A DNA stretch of 64,000 bases, from positions 6,262,001-6,326,000 of the forward strand of contig OZ024754.1 of the NCBI GenBank assembly GCA_964016885.1. The letters are read 5' to 3'. Of the stretch, positions 1 to 14,569 are shown one piece after another (positions within the stretch are counted from its first letter, which is position 1; the number at the start of each line of letters is the position of its first letter). A program made the position numbers and the translations under genes. The DNA is from Eledone cirrhosa. Lineage: Eukaryota. The notes below the pieces were generated by a model that made no database searches, was not told the DNA's origin, and was given only the letters and a program-made list of their open reading frames with translations.

Positions 1-340
1 CACCAGCACTACCACTTTACAGAGTGGACTGGATGCATTTTATTGTGGCACCAGCACTATCACTTTACAGAGTGGGCTAGGTGCATTTTATTGTGGCACC
101 AGCACTATCACTTTACAGAGTGGGCTGGATGCATTTTATCGTGGCACCAGCACTATCACTTTACACAGTGGGCTGGGTGCATTTTATTGTGGCACCAGCA
201 CTATCACTTTACAGAGTGGGCTGGGTGCATTTTATTGTGACACCAGCACTACCACTTTACAGAGTGGACTGGATGCATTTTATTGTGGCACCAGCACTAC
301 CACTTTACAGAGTGGACTGGGTGCATTTTATCATGGCACC
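1..340. repeat. 48-bp tandem array derived from a SINE internal segment
   Basis: Unit CACCAGCACTACCACTTTACAGAGTGGACTGGATGCATTTTATTGTGG, about 7 copies, truncated by the window edge. Confidence 0.9.
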
Positions 341-1404
341 AACATAAATAAAACAGATTGGTTACAGATGTAAGATATCTTGAATCATTTATAACTTTGG
401 CCGGGATTTTTACAGCCGGATGTCCTTCCTAACACTAACTACATTTACAGTGTGGAACTGGATAGCACCATTATGAGGAGGGACAGGCCAGTTGGCTGTG
501 CCGTACCTTTACCCTGCTTACAGTGGAACCAGTTTGGGAGCCACAACCATATTTACCGACAAATGAAAATGTAACCTGATTATATAGGGAAATATAAATA
601 TGTCAACTGCTACAGTGAGAAGTGTTCGAATGATGATAGCTGTGGCATGGAGGATACGCAGATGTTGGTCCAGAAAAAAAAAAAAAAAAGGACCAACCGT
701 ACCTAACTCATTCACCTATTTGGAACATGCACACACACACACACACAAAACATGACTGATACGAAAAGGAAATAGCTAATGATGGGAAATTTCCAAAATA
801 AAACAAGAGTTGTTCAATAATGGTAATAAAAGGCAGCAAATTGCCAGAATTGTTAGAAATGCTGGACTAAATGCTTTGAAGCATTTGTTCTGACTGAGCA
901 CCATGAGTTCAAATCTTGCCTAGGTCAACTTTGCCTTTCATCTTTTCAGTGTTGATAAATAAAGAACCGGGTCCAGGGATAATGGTCTGGCGGAATTATT
1001 AAAATGTCAAATGGGATGCCTTGCAGTATCTGTTCCAACACTGTATGTTCTCAGTTCAAATCCTGTCTCCTAACAACAGGAAAGTGGTGAGGCTGCTGCC
1101 AGGAACAGCAGCCAACAGATATTACCAGAAATGGAAACGACTGATGGAAACAGTTTCCATGGTCCGATCTAAAGATTGGAATTTACCTTTCTTAATAGTT
1201 AATTCTTAAATTTCTTAAATGTCTCCAAGAAAATAAATATTCAATAAACACAAAAACATTGAACGACCAAATAACACAAATATAATAATCATCACAGAAA
1301 CTTTCTTTTTCTGGTTTACAATTTTTTTCTATTTCAAAGGGATAGTTCTTATGAAACAGAATATTTACATAGATATTAGCTACTCTCACCATCACTACAT
1401 ACCC

Positions 1405-1872
1405 CTTCATAAAGGAACACAAGGAAGATTTAAACACTGGACCACGAGTCTTCACATCCTCGTAACACAAGGAAGATTTAACCACTGGGCCACGAGTCTT
1501 CACATCCTCATAACACAAGGAAGATTTAACAACTGGGCCATGAGACTTCACATCCTTGTAACACAAGGGAGATTTAAACACTGGGCCATGAGACTTCACA
1601 TCCTTGTAACACAAGGGAGATTTAAACACTGGGCCATGAGACTTCACATCCTCGTAACACAAGGGAGATTTAAACACTGGGCCATGAGACTTCACATCCT
1701 CGTAACACAAGGGAGATTTAAACACTGGGCCATGAGACTTCACATCCTTGTAACACAAGGAAGATTTAACCACTGGGCCATGAGACTTCACACCCTCATA
1801 AAGGAACCCAAGGACCAGGTTAACCACTGGGCCATGTGCCTTCACATCCTCATAACACAAGCAAGATTTACA
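1405..1872. repeat. 48-bp minisatellite abutting the CNOT4 donor site
   Basis: Unit ACACAAGGGAGATTTAAACACTGGGCCATGAGACTTCACATCCTTGTA, about 9-10 copies. Confidence 0.92.
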
Positions 1873-1875
1873 TAC

Positions 1876-1944
1876 CTGATAACCACATGTACAAGGGAAG
1901 AAATTTTTATCGTCTATTTCCAGAGGATCCATACATAGTGGACA
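1876..1944 (-). CDS. CNOT4: CCR4-NOT subunit 4 (E3 ligase) coding exon, N-terminal half of C4C4 RING
   Basis: Translates CPLCMDPLEIDDKNFFPCTCGYQ, near-identical to the recalled CNOT4 RING start (CPLCMEPLEIDDINFFPCTCGYQ). Flanked by acceptor TTTTCAG (AG at 1946-1945) and donor GTATGT (from 1875). 69 nt, phase 0/0. Confidence 0.93.
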
Positions 1945-2005
1945 CTGAAAATGAACAAATATAAATATATTAGACAAATACTTTCATATTTATAGTCAAC
2001 ATAAT

Positions 2006-2415
2006 TTAACCCTTTTCATATCAACCCACTCAAAACCACCTCTGGTTCAATGAAACAAAACCACTTATTTTAAAGGGCTCCAATTGAAATTGAAACTTTC
2101 CAACATAACTTTATATAAAAACCCTTTGTTATGATGAAATAATAATTTCAGTAAATCCCTCCAAATTTTTCATTTACCCTTTAGTTACCAACCCGGCCAA
2201 AATTAGTTCTGGTTCTATGAAATAAACCCACCCATTTTAAAGGTTTCCAATTTAAATAAAAATAAAACTCCCAACATAATATTATATAGGAACCTTACAT
2301 CAAGTTACTAACTTACTAATGAAATAATAAATAATTTTAGTAAATCCCTAAAAATTCTTCATTAATTAATTAAAATAGAGTGTATTTCATTAGACATGAA
2401 ATCATGAAAGGGTTA
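2006..2415. mobile_element. piggyBac-type MITE family B (two adjacent copies)
   Basis: TTAACCCTTT...CTGGTTCTATGAAAC...ATGAAAGGGTTAA. Older, more diverged relatives near 2717, 4030, 9835, 10885, 11915, 16300, 18545, 24903, 26541 and 27721. Confidence 0.72.
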
Positions 2416-3092
2416 ATTAAAATAGCATATATTTCATTTAAAATATAATAAAAAAAAAGGGTTAAAGAATTAATTTTCAATTAAAACCATACAATTATAA
2501 ATTTCAAAAATTAGAACAAAGAAATAATGAAGAAACTAAATAACTAACGACATGAAAAACTAAATCATTAATTAGTCCTTAGAATGACCTATTAGAACAG
2601 TTTTATTATTGATGTGTCAACAGAAGTCAAAGTAATTGGAATATTTGCTGATATCTTGTGATCAATTAATCTAATTAGTCAGTTCATCTGATAATTAAAA
2701 AAAATATTGATCGCTTAACTTTCCCAATACCAAACCATCTAAAGCTATCCCTAATTCTACAATATAGTTCGTCTCCTGTCTAAAGTCTGTCTGAAGCCCG
2801 GAGGTTCATCATGCCAATATTTATCCCAGTTTCATGGTGTGAAGTGACAGAGCACATGACACACCCCTGGACAAGACACCAGTCCATCGCAGGGTTAAAT
2901 CCTCAGCTATTGCTGGTACTCATTTTCAGGCTATGTCTTTTATTAGAAATATATCAAAAGGGTTAATAATATAGGCAGTGCCATTCATTAAAAATATGGT
3001 ATTGAAAGGGTTAATTGTAATAAAGAGTTGACTTATTAAAGGTGGTATAATCAATAGTTAAAGAATATTGATATATTAAACAGATTAATTAC

Positions 3093-3116
3093 CTCTATTT
3101 GATCTTCACCAGACAT
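3093..3116 (-). CDS. CNOT4: CNOT4 start-codon exon (exon 3093-3140, coding part MSGEDQIE)
   Basis: Pyrimidine tract TTTTCTTTCTGTTTCAG ends at 3141, ATG at 3116 in AATCATG context, 8 codons, then GAG|GTAAT donor. Phase 0 joins in frame to the RING exon. Confidence 0.82.
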
Positions 3117-6100
3117 GATTTTTGGATTTCTAGTTCAGTTCTGAAACAGAAAGAAAAATAAATTATCAATCTTATACAAGAAATTATCATTATCATTATT
3201 ATCATCATCATTATTGTAAGCAGCAAATTTATAGAGTCATTAGAATTTCAGATAGAATACATTGTGGTATTCGTCCCAGCTTTCAGTGTTCTGAGTTCAA
3301 AACACACCACAGTCAAATTTTCCTTTCAATCTTTGGAGATAGATTAGAAAAAAAAAAAGGACCAGTACAGTACAGAGATTGATTCTTCTAAAATCTTTCT
3401 CGAAGAAGAAGAAATCAGCTGTTCAAACCTGGGGAGATAGGGTCTGCCAAGTTAAAGTCCCACCCCCACAAAAAAAAGTCACAGCAGAGCCCCTACGGCT
3501 ATCAGAAGTAACGGATATATATATATATAAATAAATATATATATATATCAAGGAAAATACACAAATGTCATTTGTTCCAAATATATACAATACCAGTGTA
3601 AAAATTAAACAGAGAGCAGGTGAAAATATACTGACGAGAAATTCTTTGCAGAGCACCAAAAAAAAAAAGGTTTTGAGACATTTGCATTAGTGGAATTTAA
3701 AAGACAAAAGACAAAACCGAACTCAGACATTTTTCATGCAGGACATGGCACTGCTATCTAAATCATAAACAGTTTCTTTCATTAGAAATATAATAATGAA
3801 AGGGTTAAAGCTATGAAACTTTTCCAATGCTGTAGTCATGATAAACGCACACACACACAGCCAGCACTATTCTACAAGTTGACCAGTAGCATAAGAAGCC
3901 TAGTCATGGCCGAAACAGGATGTAATGTTAATGTGGATGATAGGGTGATAATAGATCATAATCTTGAAGATTGCATATGATGAAACAATGAATCATCAGC
4001 TGCACGTTGACATATTGTCGATCCTGTTGATACCTGACGACCTAAAACCTCTCCTGGTTCTATGATATTAAAAAAAACTATTGGTTTTAAAATGCTTATA
4101 TTTATCTCAAAACCTTCCAGCAAAATTTTACATAAGAACCTTTGTTAAGTTATCTTCCAAATGCCAGAAAAATTACGAGAAAGTTATATTACTCGATGTT
4201 AACTTTCTTTTATTAGAAATACTATAATGAAAGGGTTAATATAGTTACCATGAATAAATAATGGGGGTTAACAATTGAACACTTGAAAAAATCCACCTTT
4301 ACCCTTTTGTTACCATATTTGTAATGAAATATACTGCATAAGATATTTAAATGATTTTGAAAATAATTAAGAATTTGGGGGGATTTAGTAATATAACTAA
4401 CTTTCTCATTATTAAGCCATAACATAACTTTACCCTTTAGCATTTAAACCAGCTGTATCTGGCTAGAATTCTCTCATAGATTCGATATTGTGAGATAAAG
4501 CCTTTACCATGAAAATACAATAGTAAATATAGTAATGGAAATGCTAAAGGGTTCAAGGTTCTTATGTAAATGATGATGGAAGGTATTTAGATAAATATAA
4601 ACACTTTAAAGTGGTGGTAAATTAACAGTTGTTAGAACACAGGACAGAATGCCTTGTGGTGTTCATTCCAGCTCTTTGCGCTGTCTGAATTAAAATCCCA
4701 CTAAGGTCAACCTTGTCTTTCATCTTTTTGAGGTTGATAAAAGAAGTCCAGCAACAGTCGAATGCTGGAGTCAATTCTTTCTTTATATCTCCCACTTCCC
4801 CTCTCTCTGTTTCCTTCTCCAGAAGAAATTGGCTATGTTCAGACTTGATGAAGGGCTCAGCTCCACACAAATTTAAAATGTCATGATGTCACGCCCAAGA
4901 ATCTACCAGGAGTTACAGGTCCACACATACACACAAACACTTTAGCATTTAAACTGGCTGTATCCAGTCAGAATTCTCTCACCTCTTTATGTTCAAACTG
5001 GCCGTAACCAGCTGCTCATACTTATGTCAAGGAATTGTTTTCAAAATAAATAATATGAAAATAGAACAGTATACATAAAATAATGTAAATGCTAATGGGT
5101 TAAAGTGTCATGATAGCACCCCTAAGACTCCACCAAGAGTTACAGGTCCAGACATATATACATACATACGTTGGATGTGCAATGTCAATGTGCGTGAACG
5201 ACCAAGCATAGATGAGTTGAGAGAGAAACTGTGTATTAGAGGGATAAGTTGTAGTGTGCGGGAGAGAAGACTGCGATGGTATGGACATGTGATGCACAAG
5301 AAGTGCCAAGAAATCCCAGTAGAAGGAAGACGCAGTAGAAGGAAGACGCAGTAAAGGAAGACTACAAAAACATGGGTGGAGGTGGTGAGAGCTGATCTCA
5401 GATCACTGATGATCACAGAGATGACGAAGGACCGTGACAAGTGGAGAGAGGCTGTGCTGAATAGGACCCATCCCACCTTTGCAAGCAGGGAAAAGCGGAC
5501 GCAAAATGATGATGATGATACAAACACTATTGTATTGAAAAGCCAAGGTCAGATTCAGACAGTATGATATAGAAATGGTGAAATAAAACAAAACCATCCA
5601 GAAAGCTAAAAGAAGTTTAGAATCTGTCTTTTATAACAGGTAGGAAACACAATGGAGGAATACAGTCTTCTAGCAACTGGCATCTACTGGTCAATAAGAC
5701 AAAACCAATTCCTTTCACTTATGCTGCCTTCCATTCTTCTTCCTATATAAATTTTGAGGCATTGTACTTAAAAGAAATCAATAAAATAAAAAAATAATAA
5801 TAAACCCATTTTTTTTTCTACATTGAATATAATAAAAAATAAATGTATTTTATTGATTATTTTACACTAAAATATTCCATATTAAAGAATGGAGGCGACC
5901 AACATGACTGAAAAATCAATCAATCAATAGAGATGGCCACCAAGAAGTTAAAAAGAAAATATAGTGTTGTTAAAAAGACATTAGCTAAATTAGATGGTGG
6001 AAAGGTCCACCTAAGGAGTCCTGTCGCAAAGTGACATCCTATAAGCAATAATATTTCAGCCTATCAATGTAATATGGATTAAAGAGATTATCTTGGCTAA

Positions 6101-7506
6101 CACTGTTGACTCATACACTATATATCCCGACACCAACACCACTAACCACCAATAATTATCATTAATGTTTCAAATAAACTAGTCCAATTATCATTAATCT
6201 CAAGCTTATGACACTTATTGAACAAATACATAGCTAGCCATTCATTCTCTCTATTGAATCACACCTCTTTCAATGTTCTTCCTACTTAACTCTTTAAGCA
6301 CTAAATGAACTAATAGCTCTGATTTGACCTCCATACAGCACACACCACTGAAATCAATGATGTCACCTTTAAAGTATTATCCCCCCCAAAAAATTGATTT
6401 CAACCTTGATCCATTTCAACAAGTTTTTATATATATATATATATACACACACACATACATACACACACACACATGTAAATATATATATATACACATATCT
6501 ATATATATTAAGTGTGCTTAATATTCATTTACATTAGCTAATTAAACAATAAGTAGCAGTATAAGAACTAATACACTTACCAATGTTAACTATTAACGTC
6601 CTGTACCGCATGAAACCGCATTAGCAAAGCAGTATTGAAAAGTATACAACAGCTCTATGACTACAGTGTCACACTAGAAACTAGTCTTTAGGTCTAATAC
6701 TGCAAATGTTCACAACAATGTGTACACTAGTAAAGATATAAACATCTGAATTAACAAACAAAACAACTTTTAGATATATTTTCCGCTAAATCCTTATAGG
6801 ATGTTAAGAGTTTACATACAATTACAACAACTTAAACAGTAAGTTACTAATTTTAGTAAGTTACTAATTTTAATATCAATTGGCTTAGTAGTGTGTAATA
6901 GATTTTTCTCGTGACACCATAATTAACCATTTTGTGGCCATATTACACATATTTAATTCAATTAATGAAGAATTTTTTTTTGGGGGGGGTTTACGAAAAT
7001 AAGGAATTATTTCATTAAGAGGAATTTGATAACATAAAAGATTTGTATATAACAGTGTGAGACCTACAGCACATAGTTTGGTCAAACAACTAGAACCAAT
7101 ATAGATTCAGTGTCCCTTATATATTATATGTTTGCCTAAGTGACAACAACAACATGCACCGTGTCATGCAGGGTTTTCTAAATCAACACTCTTTGAAGTG
7201 GTTGATGATAGGAAAGGCATCCAGCCATAGAAAATCTGCCAAACAAAAGGGCAGGAGGAATTTTCAGCTGTGGCCAAAGACATGGCAACATCTCTAGTGT
7301 TGGTGTCATGATAAAATGCACTTGGTAGAGTACAAGATCATATGTAAGTGATTTGTGAGCCACCCGCCTGCCTGAGCACTCAGCAGAATGCAGAAACATG
7401 CGAGATGCTAGGCCCTAACTCCTCCAGTTGCAACATGATTTGAAAAGAGGAGAAAAATAAATAAAATGAAAAAACGCCATTCCTTGCTTGAAATGGTGCT
7501 ACGCAG

Positions 7507-7554
<48 letters not shown>

Positions 7555-7557
<3 letters not shown>

Positions 7558-7712
7558 TGCTTCCTTACAGTTTCCATCTATTAAATTCACTCACCAGGCA
7601 ACAGATGTCACAAGACTATAGTAGCAGATACTTGCTGAAGGTGCCAAGCAGCGAGATAGAACCCAAAACCATACAGTTCTGAATCAAACTTCTTTACCCC
7701 CACAGCCATGTA
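7555..7712 (-). mobile_element. old CORE-like SINE followed by (TG)n
   Basis: Degenerate tRNA head, GGCACCTTCAGCAAGTATC, GTGAGTGAATTTAATAGATGGAAACTG. A relative lies at 10350-10490. Confidence 0.6.
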
Positions 7713-8201
7713 TGTCTCTATAACTGTACAATTGATATATAAAAAAAAAAAGCAACTACTTAACACTTTTGATACTAAACCACCTCAAAACACACCAAGT
7801 TCTACGAAACAAAACTATTTTAAAATGTTTATATTTATCTAAAACCTTTCCATCAATGACCTTCTCCATCTCCATCCCTGTTGCTTTGGCCACAAACCAG
7901 GGCACTGCTGGCCACAATGCAGAAGAATGGAAGATAGCCAAACACTGAGACTTGACTGACCACTTCTTTTCGGTGCCGGTTGTTGCCAAGACCTCTGGTG
8001 TTTTTGGTCCCTCAACTGATGTTTTCCTCTGTAAAATTAGGAAACGTGCATCCCGTCTGAGGAAGTAGACCACCCCATGAGGTAAAGTGACTGAAGCAGT
8101 GAGTGTCACTGGCTGTTCTCCATGGTAATGCCTTCACTGTAGCCTGAGATATATGACAGACCGGAGTGTAGTCTGCCACCCCACCCCTTTTCTTTCATTA
8201 T

Positions 8202-8411
8202 TTAACCCTTTAACATTTAAACCAGCCATATCCGGCCAGAATTCTCTAACCTCTTTCTGTTCAAACTGGCCGCTCATACTGACATTAAGGTATTGTTCTC
8301 AAAATAAATAACATCAAAATCTCGTAGATTCGATACTATGTGAGATAAAGCCTTTACCAAAAAAAAAAATACAATAGTAAATATAGAGTAATGTAAATGC
8401 TAAAGGGTTAA
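8202..8411. mobile_element. piggyBac-type MITE family A
   Basis: TTAA-CCCTTTA[G]CATTTA...TAAATGCTAAAGGG-TTAA. Other copies near 4433, 4940, 10122, 12280, 17105, 17822, 20331, 20621, 22653, 22861, 26346, 27783, 28492, 43715, 52787 and 63735. Confidence 0.85.
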
Positions 8412-10121
8412 ATTTTTAAACAATCGCATTTTTAACAAGATTTGAACGAATTCTGAATTTCTTATGTATGTTAACCTAAAGTTAACTGTTTTAATGTGGG
8501 TTTTTGACTAAAAAATAGTCGATCAAATTGAGTATCTAAGCCCCTAGCGACAGAATAAAGAATTGAACAGCAACGCCCATAGAACAGTTCCACAGGCAAT
8601 GCTGTCCACATTTTTCCATTTCTAGAAGCTCATCTACTCAACTTGTTTGACTAAATTCAGTCAAATAACTCCTACATTGAAGCAGTTAACTTTAAGCTAA
8701 CAAACATTTGAAAAAAAAGTTTTATTTTTCTTATTGCAAACATATGATTTAATTGAAATTTGTTAAATAAAACAACTTGGTTTTTCAGGATGGTCACAGA
8801 GCACAGACAAACACGAAGAGAAAGAAAAAAAAAAAAAAAGAATACCACTGTTGTAATTTCTGAAAAAATGGGTGGAGTGGAGGAAATTAAGACGAAACTT
8901 TTCCTATAATAAATCACAATAAATTTCATAAGAATGTAAACAGAATGAAACTATGACAAACCAGACAATTATTATGGTGGTTGTGGATTGGCAGTATCGG
9001 TAGAGGGTCGGACCCCATACTTTGACGCATAGAGTTACGGCCCTTGCCATTCTGAGTTCAAATCCCGCCGAGGTTAACTTTGCCTTTCATCCTTACGGGG
9101 TCGATAAAATAAAGTACCAGTAATACACTGGGTTATTGCTGGCCTTGTGCCAAAAGTAGAAACAATTATTATGGTGGTTGGGTGGAGTTAAGGGTGTGTA
9201 GAGAGAGGAGAGAGAGAGGAGACGAGAGGAAACAAGTGCTTTTACTCCCACCATTTGAAATAATATCCACTCAGCCACTGCCTAAAATAGAAAGTAGATC
9301 TAGTCAAATTAACTTTCTAGACATTCTTGAATAAACTAGGTGGATAAAATGACATTTAGAATCGGGCTCAGTTTACTTGATTACACTCTTAATGATTAAC
9401 GTCCTGCACCACAGGAAACCACATTAGAAAGACATTCTTGAAAAGTACAAAACAGATCTATGACTGCATCACATTCAAAATTGATCTCTTTACTCTAATA
9501 TTACAAATTTTTACAACAATCTTTCAAGTAATAAAGATATTAACATATGAATTAACAAACCCATTCAAGAAAGACCTGGGCAGAGGTTATGAAAGCTGAG
9601 CTCAAATCACTGAGGCTCCCAAAGGATCAAAATGTGTGGAGAGATGCCATGCTAAGGAGGACCCATCCAACCCATGCAAGCGTGGAAAAACTGACGTGAT
9701 GATGATGATGATTCTAAGGTTTCTGCTAAATTATTACAAAAAAAAAAATTCATAAACAAACCTTAAATCTTTGTATACTTCCTCAAGAGTAATGTGTATG
9801 TGCTGTTAGCCCTATGTCGATAGGAGAAAGATCTGGTTCTACGCTACAAAACTTCACTTTGAAGTTTCCATATTTATCTTAAAACCTTCCCTATAAATTG
9901 TAAGAACCTTTGTTAAGTTATGTTCCCAACATCAATTTAATAATTGGAAAGTTAATTGTATTACTAAATCCTGCCAAATGCTTCATTCCTTTCAAAATGA
10001 TTTGAAAATCAGTATTTCATAAGAAATAAGGTCATGAAAGGGTTTAATGTGATGTTTATGAAGTGTCTTCGGTGTTTTATTGATAGGGACCCATTCCAGG
10101 ATATAGGGGTTAAATTTTTGT

Positions 10122-10336
10122 TTAACCCTTTAGCATTTACATTACTCTATTGTATTTTTGTGGTAAACACTTTATTTCATATAATTATCTCACAGTATCA
10201 AATCTATGAGATTTTCATATTTATTTTGAGAACAATACCTTAACATTGGTATGAGTGGCCGGTTACAGCCAGTTTGAACAGAAAGAAGTGAGAGAATTCT
10301 GACCAGATATGGCCAGTTTAAATGCTAAAGGGTTAA
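10122..10336. mobile_element. piggyBac-type MITE family A, opposite orientation
   Basis: Perfect TIR CCCTTTAGCATTTA and TTAA on both sides. Confidence 0.88.
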
Positions 10337-13300
10337 AAATATCTTTATGCTGCTGGCGCTGTATGGTAAAACAAAATCTACTTTGTAACCGTCTAGTTTC
10401 AGGGTCAGTCTCACTGCATGTTACTATAGCTTCGGGTTGACCAATACTTGAGTGAATTGCATTGACAGAAACGGTGAGAAAGACTGTCGCAATATATATG
10501 TGTGCATGTATGTGTGTGTGTTATCGTATACATCTTCATATTGACACTGTTAAAGAAAGTGCTGGCATTTGACCCACATCTTAATGATTCAACTAAAGTC
10601 CATCTTAAGCCAGAAGGCTCGTAAAGCCGGCACTTATTCCGGTTTCATGGCATGAAGTGACAGAGTACAAGACTCCCACCTGGACAGGACGCCAGTCCAT
10701 CTCAGGGTTAAACCCTCAGTTATTGCTGGTACTTATTTTCAGCTGAGTATACTGGAGCAATGGGAAATGAAATGTTTTGCTTAAGAATACAACACAGAAC
10801 CCAGCCCAGTAAAACCCATGACATTATGGTCGTAGGTCCAACACCCTTACTGCTACAGACAAAAATATTTATACATAAATATATTAATCCTTCCATTAAC
10901 ATATTTCTAATGGAAAACGTAACTTGTTATTTTCAAATCATTTTGAAAATGATAAAAAAAAAAAATTGAGGGCTTTAGTAAAATAATTTTCCAGTTATAG
11001 AAGCTGGTGTTTAGAACATAACATAAAATATGAACACTTTAAAATAAGCAGTTTTGTATCATAACCATAGACAGTTTTAGGTGGCTTAGAATCAAAAGGG
11101 TTAAAATACCCCACCTTTTATTGTCATTTTTCTTAACCACATATTTACATTTTCTGCTTAATTACTGATTAAGGTGCTAAAAGGTGGTAGATTATTCTTG
11201 AAACATTTCTAACTGAAATTTCCACTAATTAACCAAATAAAAACAAGCTAAGTAAACAATAAACATACTCCATACTTGGCTGACATCTGAATGAGGTGAA
11301 ATGCTAAGTAGAAACAAGTTCAAGTTAAATATTTTCATTATTGTTCACTCAATTAGTCTCCAGTAAAGCAGCTAATGTCACCAGTATCGCCAGCAAACAC
11401 TTCAACTCAGCTAAGACCAGTACCCTACAAATGAAACCTAGTAGGCTGTTTAAACCTTCACCTGGCATTTCCTCTCCCATGGTGGGATGTCAGTCCCTAT
11501 TCCCACCGCAGCAAATACCATATACCCTGAACTCCTCACTATAACTCCCCCACACTCCCATCAGTGCTTCCTCAGCCAGACCAGGGATACACTGAACACC
11601 CTAGTATTGTAACTTGTAACAGAGTAGTGCTGTTGCCACAATTAAAAAAAAAAAAAAAAGCACCACCCAGCCCACTCTGTAAGGTGGCAATGAGTGTCTT
11701 ATGACAAAAACAAAACCCAGTTTACCCTCTAGGGTGGTGGTGTCAGAACATGATAAAATACTCCTAGTAAACACTGTAAAGTGGCTGGCAATTGAAAGAG
11801 CATCCATCCATCCAACCATATAAAACAAGCCAAAACCAAAGAGCAGGACAGTCACCAGACCATTCTAACCTCATTTATTGACAGCCCATCTAACCCATCT
11901 GACCAGTAACGGTTAATGATATCAATCCAACCAAAACCAGCTCTGGCTCTATGAAACAAAACCTCCCATTTTAAAGAGCTCCTGTATAAATTAAAACTTC
12001 TCAACATGGTTTTATCTAAGTACAATAGGTTAAGTTATTGTCTGATAATTTTAGTAAATTTTTCATTAGAAATACAGTCACAAAGGGGTTAAAAACCAAC
12101 TCGATATACAATTCAAGAAGTTTGAAATGACCATTTTAATACTTTGGGATATGAAAACTAGTTTTTTTACTCTTAATATTTTGTAATGATTTAGCAGAAA
12201 ATATCTAAAAATCTTTTCCATAATTCAAATGTTTATTGAATCTTTACTAGGGGACAGATCATTGTGAAAATTGGCAATATTAACCCTTTAGCATTTAAGC
12301 CGGCCATATCCAGCCAGAATTTTCTCATCTCTTTCTGTTCAAACTAGCTGCAACCAGCTGCTCATACTGATGTTAAGGTATTGTTCTCAAAATAAATTAT
12401 ATCAAAATCTCAGATTCGATATTACGTTAGATAATTATGTAAGATAAGGCCTTTACCATGAAAATACAATAGTAAATATAGAGTAATGTAAATGTATTGT
12501 TTTTTACATTGCAAGAATGTCTTGCTAATGTGGTTTCAAAGACATAACCTCTCTTATGCTGGTGCACTTAGTAGAACATTGGACTGTATGTAAGAGAGAT
12601 ACAGACACCAGGCTTGACTGGGAGGTCAGTAACTCCGCTTCAGTACCGACTTGGTCTGTGAAAACTCGTCCAACCCTTACTAACATGGAAAGCAGACATT
12701 AACCGATGATGAAACACTTCAAAAATAACTTTCATTCATAAAGCCCGAGTAAGTTTCAGGTGCCTTAGTATCAAATTGGCTAAAAATAGTAAAATACAAA
12801 CAGGTTTTATTTATATATATATTTTTTTAAATAAAATTCCTGTAGTAAGCAATGTTCTCTAACAATGCTGTGGGAAAATATACAACTATTTTCCATGAAC
12901 TGGTTTTAATTCTCAGAAAACTAAATTTCCTTCACTTGCATTTTACTAATGCTTAAGAACAATCTCATTTTTCTATTTTATGCCTAATTAGAGAAATCAA
13001 CCGTTGTGAAAGATGTTAATGAGTAGAAAGGTAAATCAAATTCATTTTACCACCACTGATAACCATTGGTCAGTGAATGGGGATTTAAATTTAATTATTT
13101 AAAAATATATTATGTTACAAATAATATCTTAATGAAATAATAGTTTTAGTAAATCCCTCCAAATTCTCCAATTCAAAAAGCAGAAGATTTAATTCGAAAT
13201 GCTGTTATAAAAGGGTTTTAAATCTATGCACTGTAGTTCTCCAAAGATCATCCAGACATACACCAGACCTCATAGTAAACATAGGACATTCATACAGTTT

Positions 13301-14569
13301 AGGACCGTCACACATGTTTAGAACTGTCACACATGTTTAGTTGGTCCACTCCAGATATATGTGGTTAAGGGACAAGAGTTTGTAATTTTTATACCTTTGC
13401 CAATGTAAAATGGTAAAGCATTTGGAAGAGCATTCATCCATAGACAGCAAGCCAAAAGCAGAGCATACAAGCAAGACGTTGTCATCTGATCAATCTAGCC
13501 TCAGTATGTGACAAACCAACTAACTGATGCAAGCATGGAAAATAGAAGTTAAACGGTGATAAGCATTTTATAATAAACAGCTTAGTATCCCAAAACCAGG
13601 AGCAGTTTTAGATGGTTTGGTATCTAAAGAGTTATGCAAATCAAGCAGCATCTATTGGTTTACTCTCTATACCAAAACTCATTTTTCATGAAGGTAAATA
13701 AATGTCCCCTAAATTGAGATGATATTAAAGTAGTTCCATTATTGCGACTATGCGTGGGTTAGAAATTATACATTACTTGTGTCTATAGACAGGAGAGGTA
13801 GCATTTGAAGATACATACTGAATGGTCCAGTTGAAATATTGTGTGTGTGTGTTGGATATTTATCGGTTCTGATGAGAGTTCCTGTTGTTTGATCAACAGA
13901 ACATGCTAGTGAAATTGTCTGTAAGTGGCTGAGCATTTCACAGACATATGCTACTCTTAACCTAATTCTCAGGGAGATTTATCTAACGACACTTTCTAAC
14001 AAACCTGAACCTTTAAGCCACAGTACAACTCATGTTTTCCAGCCAGCTGACTGAACTGGGACATTGTGAAATAAGGTGCCATGATGAAAGGCACACAATG
14101 TTCCACAAGGAGTCGAACTCACAACCCTAAGATCACAAGCCCAACACTCTAACCACTAAACCACATGCCTCTACTTCTGGACAAAATATATGCATGTCGG
14201 AATAACCTATACTATTTTAGAAATACTAATTCACCGACACATTCCACATGAAATAAAAAATAGTGTTAACATTTCATGAAGTGTCTTAAAATGTTAACAA
14301 GAAGAGATTATACAATGGCAGGGGGTAGGGGAGAGGAGTCGATTAAAGTTATGTTTTGTTCTTTTTTGTCATAATCATTTAATAGTCCCTGTAGTAGAAA
14401 TAGGTTAACACTAAAAAGAATTCTAGAAACATAATTAAGTCTTAACCACATGAAACCACATAAAACCACATTAAGCAAAACATTCTTGAAAAGTAAAAAA
14501 TAGCTGTGTTCAGACTTGGAGGGGGGGGGGGGGGGACCAACAGGTTTTAAAGTGCTTAAGACATACCAC

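Noticed and set aside
1-340. CRISPR-like regular repeats (also 44369-44956 and 56395-56620)
   Set aside because: Head-to-tail units with no unique spacers, no cas genes, eukaryotic context.
548-570. Minus-strand ATTTGTCGG (Ile-Cys-Arg) as the next CNOT4 exon
   Set aside because: Followed immediately by TAA with no AG acceptor. The expected ICRFCWHRI exon is not in the window.
7756-8150. GC-richer unique-looking segment with a 117-aa ORF
   Set aside because: No recognisable protein or exon boundaries. Possibly an old retroelement relic, but it cannot be assigned.
13866-13905. CTGATGA followed by a hairpin
   Set aside because: No GAAA/NUH in register. It is the end of a SINE related to 62286-62670.
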